A stretch of 63,681 nucleotides of DNA, filler included. It is 5 parts of 5 records of this genome, joined end to end, with 100 filler letters (N's around TTAATTAATTAA, not from the genome) between each part and the next. Parts side by side here need not be neighbours in the genome. Positions count along the whole stretch, not along the records: positions 52,379 to 63,681 come from SRR31156797_3752; 4 more parts are not named here. One strand, written 5' to 3'. The notes under the pieces were generated by a model. It saw only the letters and a program-made list of their open reading frames with translations, did no database searches and was not told where the DNA came from. This document shows positions 58,718 to 63,681 of the stretch, one piece after another; the first letter of the stretch is position 1, and every line of letters starts with the position of its first letter. The position numbers were made by a program, and so were the translations under genes.

Positions 58718-60205
58718 ATGGGTATAATAATAAAACAATCAATTCGGGGAAGTATCTGGTCATATCTTGGCTTGATTGTAGGTTATCTGAATGTAGGTTT
58801 TATTATGCCTAATTTTTTTCGTACTGATCAGATTGGATTGGTGCAATTGTTTACCGCCCTGACCGTTATTTTCACCAATTTTTCAACGTTAGGTTTTAGA
58901 AGTGTAATTAACCGAATGTTCCCGGAATTTAGGAATAAAGCAAAGAGTCATAATGGATTTTTATTTCTTGCTTTGGCTACCGGGCTGCTTGGTTTTTCTT
59001 TGAGTGTGATTGCATTCTTTATTTTTAAACCGCAAATCATAGAATCAAATATTGAGAAATCCCCTTTGTTGGTTGAATTCATATTTTTACTTATCCCATT
59101 ATTTTTCTTTCGGGTTCTTTTTAAAATGCTCGATGAATACAATAAAGTACTTTTTGATGCTATAACCGGGACATTTTGGAACGATTTTATTCATAAGTTC
59201 ATTAATCTCATTCTGATTTTATTATTTGCATTTCAGTTAATCGGGTTCAGGCAATTCTTTTTTGGATTTATTGTATCGCTTAGTTTACCCGCATTTCCGT
59301 TAATATATGTTTTAATTAAACGGGGAGAGTTTAGTTTAAAACCAGATTTTAAGTTTTTGAACCGGCCATTAATACGTGAAATGATTACTGTTGCTGCTTA
59401 TGGATTAATAAATGGCTTAAGCGGAGTTTTAACCAGTAATATCGATAAACTTTTGGTTAACCGTTTTCTTTCGCTCGACCTGGTTGGTATTTTTAGTGTT
59501 TGTGCTCTTTTTGCAACGGTTATTGGAATACCTTCGCGGTCGGTTGTGAAAATCTCAACCGGGATAATTGCGCAAGCATGGAAAAAAAATAATAAAGCAC
59601 ATATTCAGGAAATATATTCAAAAGCCAGTTTAACACAAACTATTTTGGGAGCACTAATTTTTATCGGAATTTTAGTGAATCTCGATAATATATTTACAAT
59701 ATTACCCGAAGTGTACAGCCAGGGGAAATGGGTATTAATATTATATTCGATGGGTATGCTGGTTCGGGTTTCTAATACGACCAGCGGTACCATTATCGGA
59801 ACATCGAAATATTATCGTGTACTTTCTTTAATTATTGCTACGCAAATTATTTATACTGTTGGATTCCATTTTTTATTAATACCCAAATGGGGGATTATTG
59901 GAGCTGCCGTTGCCGTATTTCTGACATATCTGATTCGAACAACTATTGTAGTAGGGTTTTTAAAAATTAAAATGGGTTTTTTCTGTTATAATTATAAGCA
60001 CTTAATTGCATTGGCCTTTGCATTAATTGCGTTTTGTGCAGGTTATTTTATTCCGAATACTGGAGTATTAATTCCCGATATCCTTATAAAAAGCGGGGCA
60101 GTAGTTATAGTTTATGCCTTTTTGGTATTAAAATTCAAGGTTTCTGAAGATATTAACCAATTATATAAAAATATATTAATCCGGATTCGAAGATTTATTA
60201 AATAA
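58718..60205 (+). CDS. Wzx-like oligosaccharide flippase (MOP superfamily)
   Basis: MGIIIKQSI start, about 14 TM helices, NIDKLLV and LIPKWGIIGAA. Confidence 0.85.
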   Translation: MGIIIKQSIRGSIWSYLGLIVGYLNVGFIMPNFFRTDQIGLVQLFTALTVIFTNFSTLGFRSVINRMFPEFRNKAKSHNGFLFLALATGLLGFSLSVIAFFIFKPQIIESNIEKSPLLVEFIFLLIPLFFFRVLFKMLDEYNKVLFDAITGTFWNDFIHKFINLILILLFAFQLIGFRQFFFGFIVSLSLPAFPLIYVLIKRGEFSLKPDFKFLNRPLIREMITVAAYGLINGLSGVLTSNIDKLLVNRFLSLDLVGIFSVCALFATVIGIPSRSVVKISTGIIAQAWKKNNKAHIQEIYSKASLTQTILGALIFIGILVNLDNIFTILPEVYSQGKWVLILYSMGMLVRVSNTTSGTIIGTSKYYRVLSLIIATQIIYTVGFHFLLIPKWGIIGAAVAVFLTYLIRTTIVVGFLKIKMGFFCYNYKHLIALAFALIAFCAGYFIPNTGVLIPDILIKSGAVVIVYAFLVLKFKVSEDINQLYKNILIRIRRFIK

Positions 60206-60485
60206 GTTCCGGTAATTTAAAGAGTTATTATATTATTCTTCAAATAAATTTTATTGGGTTTAATACTATTTCGAAAATTTGCAAATCATAAAAACGTGTA
60301 ATTTTTTCATTTTTTTTATTCTGGTCATAAAAGAGTTGTAACTTATATCAGGAAAGTAATATATTTATAGAATAAAAAAGTATCATCATATATCAATACA
60401 AACAGTAACGTTCTGTGCCTGCTCACCTAAATTTTAACCCTGACTTTGTAGATTTGATAAGTAAATGAATTAAGTTATTTTCAGG

Positions 60486-61184
60486 ATGAAAATTCGATTT
60501 TATTCAAAAGCGCTTTGGGAAACTGAGAACATAGTTAATGCTGTTAGAACGAAATTTAAAAATGATAAAACCAAAGTATTTGGAATAGGAAGAAACAAAA
60601 CCGGGACAACATCGTTGAAAAAAGCCATGCAAAAACTTGGGTATGTTGTCGGGAATCAGCATTCTGCCGAATTAATGTTTGACGACTGGGTAAAACGAGA
60701 TTTTAACAAGATTATCAGATATTGTCATACAGCTCAGTTCTTTCAGGATTTGCCATTTAGTTTGCCCGATACATTTGCAGTTATAGATAAAAGTTTTCCG
60801 GGGAGTAAATTTATTTTAACTGTTCGGGATTCTCCGGAGCAATGGTATAATTCCATTACAAGTTTTCATGCAAAACTTTGGGGAAAAAACGGGAGAATTC
60901 CAACAAAAGAAGATCTACAAAATGCAACTTATTTATTTAAAGGATGGCCTTGGCATACGAATAGAGCTATCAATAATACTCCTCCAGACGATCCCTATAA
61001 TAGAGATTTATTAATTAAAAATTATATTAACCACAACCAGAAGGTTATGGAATATTTTAAAGATAGACCCAACGATTTATTGTTGTTAAACGTAGCAGAA
61101 AAAGGGGCTTTTAAAAGACTTGCTATCTTTGTTGGAAAGGAAGTGAAAATTGAAGAATTTCCCTGGGAAAATAGAACTTTGTAG
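60486..61184 (+). CDS. Sulfotransferase (PAPS-dependent family)
   Basis: 5'-PSB KVFGIGRNKTGTTSL and 3'-PB KFILTVRDSPEQWYNS. Confidence 0.85.
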   Translation: MKIRFYSKALWETENIVNAVRTKFKNDKTKVFGIGRNKTGTTSLKKAMQKLGYVVGNQHSAELMFDDWVKRDFNKIIRYCHTAQFFQDLPFSLPDTFAVIDKSFPGSKFILTVRDSPEQWYNSITSFHAKLWGKNGRIPTKEDLQNATYLFKGWPWHTNRAINNTPPDDPYNRDLLIKNYINHNQKVMEYFKDRPNDLLLLNVAEKGAFKRLAIFVGKEVKIEEFPWENRTL

Positions 61185-61193
61185 ATTTTAGAA

Positions 61194-62300
61194 ATGAAAA
61201 AGATACCTGTAACTCAACCTTTTTTACCTCCATTAGAAGAGTTTCAATTATTCCTAGAAACCATTTGGGAAAGAAAATGGTTAACTAACAATGGAGTTTA
61301 TCACATTGAGTTTGAGAAATTGTTATGTGAATATCTGGGCGTTAAATATATTTCGCTTTTTTCTAACGGGACACTTGCACTTATAACTGCATTGAAAACA
61401 TTAGATGTTTCGGGAGAAGTAATTACAACACCATATAGTTTTATTGCAACAACAAACGCCCTGTTTTGGAATAATATTTTACCGGTTTTTGTAGATATTG
61501 AACCTAAAACTTTTAACATCGATCCGGAAAAAATTGAAGATGCAATAACGGAGAATACATCGGCTATTTTACCTGTACATGTTTATGGTAATCCGTGTAA
61601 TGTTGAAGCAATTCAGCAGATTGCAGATAGACATGGGTTAAAAGTTATTTACGATGCATGTCATACATTTGGTGTAAAAATAAAAGATATACCAGTGCTA
61701 CAATTTGGCGATTTATCTGTAATGAGTTTTCATGCGACAAAGGTTTTTAACACGTTTGAGGGAGGTGCTGTGATTTGTCACGATGAAAAAACAAAAAAGA
61801 AACTCGACTATTTAAAAAATCATGGAATTTTAGGTGAACAGGAAGTGGCAGAACCAGGTACAAATGCCAAAATGAACGAGTTTCAGGCAGCGTTAGGAAT
61901 TTTGCAATTGAAATATGTAGATACACTTATTGAAAAAAGGAAAAGGATAACAGAAATTTACAGGAATGAATTCAAAAATATAAAAGGTATTATTTGTTTG
62001 AACGATATTCAGGATACAAAACATTGCTATTCCTATTTTCCTGTTCTAATTGATGCAAAAAAGTATGGAATATCCAGAGATGTATTATTTGAAAAATTAA
62101 AATCGAAACATATAATCTGTAGAAAATATTTTTATCCGCTTATTAGTCGGTTTTCTGTATATAGAGAACTGCCATCGGCAAAAACAGAGAATTTACCTGT
62201 TGCGTCGGATGTGTCTGATCGTGTACTTTGTTTGCCATTGTATCCCGACTTGGAACGGGAAGAACTTAATAGAATAATTGAAGTAATAAAAGATGTATAA
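61194..62300 (+). CDS. DegT/DnrJ-family sugar aminotransferase, VioA-like
   Basis: IPVTQPFLP...WLTNNG, NGTLAL, PVHVYG, YDACH and PLP-lysine SFHATKVFNTFEGG. Confidence 0.92.
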   Translation: MKKIPVTQPFLPPLEEFQLFLETIWERKWLTNNGVYHIEFEKLLCEYLGVKYISLFSNGTLALITALKTLDVSGEVITTPYSFIATTNALFWNNILPVFVDIEPKTFNIDPEKIEDAITENTSAILPVHVYGNPCNVEAIQQIADRHGLKVIYDACHTFGVKIKDIPVLQFGDLSVMSFHATKVFNTFEGGAVICHDEKTKKKLDYLKNHGILGEQEVAEPGTNAKMNEFQAALGILQLKYVDTLIEKRKRITEIYRNEFKNIKGIICLNDIQDTKHCYSYFPVLIDAKKYGISRDVLFEKLKSKHIICRKYFYPLISRFSVYRELPSAKTENLPVASDVSDRVLCLPLYPDLEREELNRIIEVIKDV

Positions 62301-62324
62301 TGTGTTAATTTAAATAATTTAGTT

Positions 62325-63188
62325 ATGAAACTAGTCGTTAATTTTACACCAACCGGCATGATTCCAACAAAGGAGATGACATCTCATGTTCCGGTTTCTG
62401 TTTCCGAAATTGTTGAAGATGTGCACCGGGCAATGGAAATAGGAATTTCGATGGTTCACTTGCATGCAAGAGACGAAATAACCGGTAAACCTACTTATCG
62501 TGCCGAGGTGTATGGTAAAATTATAGAAGGGATAAGGAAATATTCGAAAGAATTAATATTGTGTGTTTCGCTTAGCGGAAGAGGGATAAAAGAATTTAAA
62601 CATCGTGCATCTCCATTACAACTGGAAGGAGATTTGAAACCAGATATGGGAAGTCTGACATTAAGTTCCTTAAATTTTAATAAAACAGAGAGCATGAATT
62701 CTCCGGAGATGATAAAAATGCTGGCTGAAGAAATGAAAAAGAAAGGAATATTGGCTGAATTGGAAGCTTTTGATTCTGGAATGATAAACTATGCAAAATA
62801 CCTGGAAGCAAAGGGACTTTTGCAAGCTCCACATTATTTTAATTTGTTACTGGGTAACATTGCCTGTGCCCAGGCCGATTTGTTGCATGCAGGTATAATG
62901 GTTCGCGATTTACCAGAAAAATCGGTTTGGAGTTATGCCGGAATTGGAAATGCACAGTTAATGATGAATTCAATTGCAATTGCTGCCGGTGGAGGAGTTC
63001 GGGTAGGTTTGGAGGATAACATTTATTACGACCAAAAAAGAACACGATTGGCAAGTAACAGTGAATTGTTACAACGAATTCATACCATAGCTAAAGCAAA
63101 CGAAAGAGAAGTGATGAGCCCAAAAGAGTTAAGGCAAATTTTACATCTAAATCCCGGAAATGGAAGTTATGGCCGTAATTTCGATTAA
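62325..63188 (+). CDS. BKACE / 3-keto-5-aminohexanoate cleavage enzyme family (DUF849)
   Basis: TPTG...PVSVSEIVED, metal-binding HLHAR, ELEAFD and RVGLEDN. Confidence 0.9.
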   Translation: MKLVVNFTPTGMIPTKEMTSHVPVSVSEIVEDVHRAMEIGISMVHLHARDEITGKPTYRAEVYGKIIEGIRKYSKELILCVSLSGRGIKEFKHRASPLQLEGDLKPDMGSLTLSSLNFNKTESMNSPEMIKMLAEEMKKKGILAELEAFDSGMINYAKYLEAKGLLQAPHYFNLLLGNIACAQADLLHAGIMVRDLPEKSVWSYAGIGNAQLMMNSIAIAAGGGVRVGLEDNIYYDQKRTRLASNSELLQRIHTIAKANEREVMSPKELRQILHLNPGNGSYGRNFD

Positions 63189-63207
63189 TTAATATCTACA
63201 GAAAAAC

Positions 63208-63681
63208 ATGATGGAAAATTTAACCACAATTAAAGAGGTAAATATACTTGGTTACAGTGGAAGTTATCTTTCGTTGCTTTTTGAGTCGTTATCTGCAAAT
63301 GGTTTTAAAGGAACAGTAAATATCTTTATGAATGACCATATAAAAAGAGCAGATAATACATTTGAAACAAGTTTAGATTATAAGATTTTCCACTTTTCAG
63401 AAGTTGATCCACCTCCTAAAACAGGATTTATTTTATGCAGTAATAAACCATCCACCAAATTATTTTTAGTTAATTTTTTTCAGGAAAAATGGAATATTGA
63501 AATAAGTCAAATGTTATCATTTTGGCATCCGTCGAGTATTATTGCAAGCTCAGTAAAACCCGGTCACGGATTTTATGTGGAACCCTTATCAGTGGTTTCG
63601 CCTTATGTTAAAATTGGTAATTGTGTAACTGTTAACAGAAACTGTTCAGTGGGGCATCATAATATTCTTCACGATTTTTGT
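63208..63681 (+). CDS. PglD/NeuD-like hexapeptide sugar N-acyltransferase, 3'-truncated (not in the ORF track)
   Basis: Manual translation MMENLTTIKEVNILG...FWHPSSIIASSVKPGHGFYVEPLSVVSPYVKIGNCVTVNRNCSVGHHNILHDFC; the frame is open to the window end. Confidence 0.8.
   Translation, partial: MMENLTTIKEVNILGYSGSYLSLLFESLSANGFKGTVNIFMNDHIKRADNTFETSLDYKIFHFSEVDPPPKTGFILCSNKPSTKLFLVNFFQEKWNIEISQMLSFWHPSSIIASSVKPGHGFYVEPLSVVSPYVKIGNCVTVNRNCSVGHHNILHDFC

Overview
This window is not one locus. It is five unrelated contigs joined by artificial 100-nt spacers (N44-TTAATTAATTAA-N44). Taxonomic labels below are inferences from protein style and base composition. (1) 1-16526 is an AT-rich, clostridial-type contig. 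It carries two paralogous acidic beta-helix surface proteins, a PEB1-like amino-acid ABC operon, TetR/SDR and an HHxxxDG acyltransferase. It also holds several freshly pseudogenised genes (in-frame nonsense codons, one frameshift, deletion fusions). (2) 16627-32859 is also clostridial-type: a collagen-like spore protein, a vWA-SBP/XpaC/SBP operon, an epimerase, a CPBP protease, TetR-YdhR-EFR1, ppk2, class III fbp and MFS-wHTH. At its end is a promoter-driven ykkC-family riboswitch that does not look like guanidine-I and has an atypical 3' tail. (3) 32960-42532 is a Campylobacterota-like alpha-glucan operon: nucleotidyltransferase/dead-PGM fusion, GH57, GalT-like, glgA, short glgP, pgm, with no glgC or glgB visible. 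(4) 42633-52278 is a more GC-rich deltaproteobacteria-like contig: ACT protein, DUF554, PTP, CsaA, PaaK-like ligase, GH13_18 phosphorylase and a DtxR-regulated DUF2325 module. (5) 52379-63681 is a Bacteroidota-like surface-glycan locus with a beta-keto acid cleavage enzyme (BKACE) between a VioA-like aminotransferase and a PglD/NeuD-like acyltransferase, next to a sulfotransferase. The best candidates for something new are the ykkC variant riboswitch, the BKACE-containing amino-sugar acylation module, the glgC-less glycogen operon and the DtxR-DUF2325 module. No CRISPR array, rRNA, tRNA or intact transposase was recognised.
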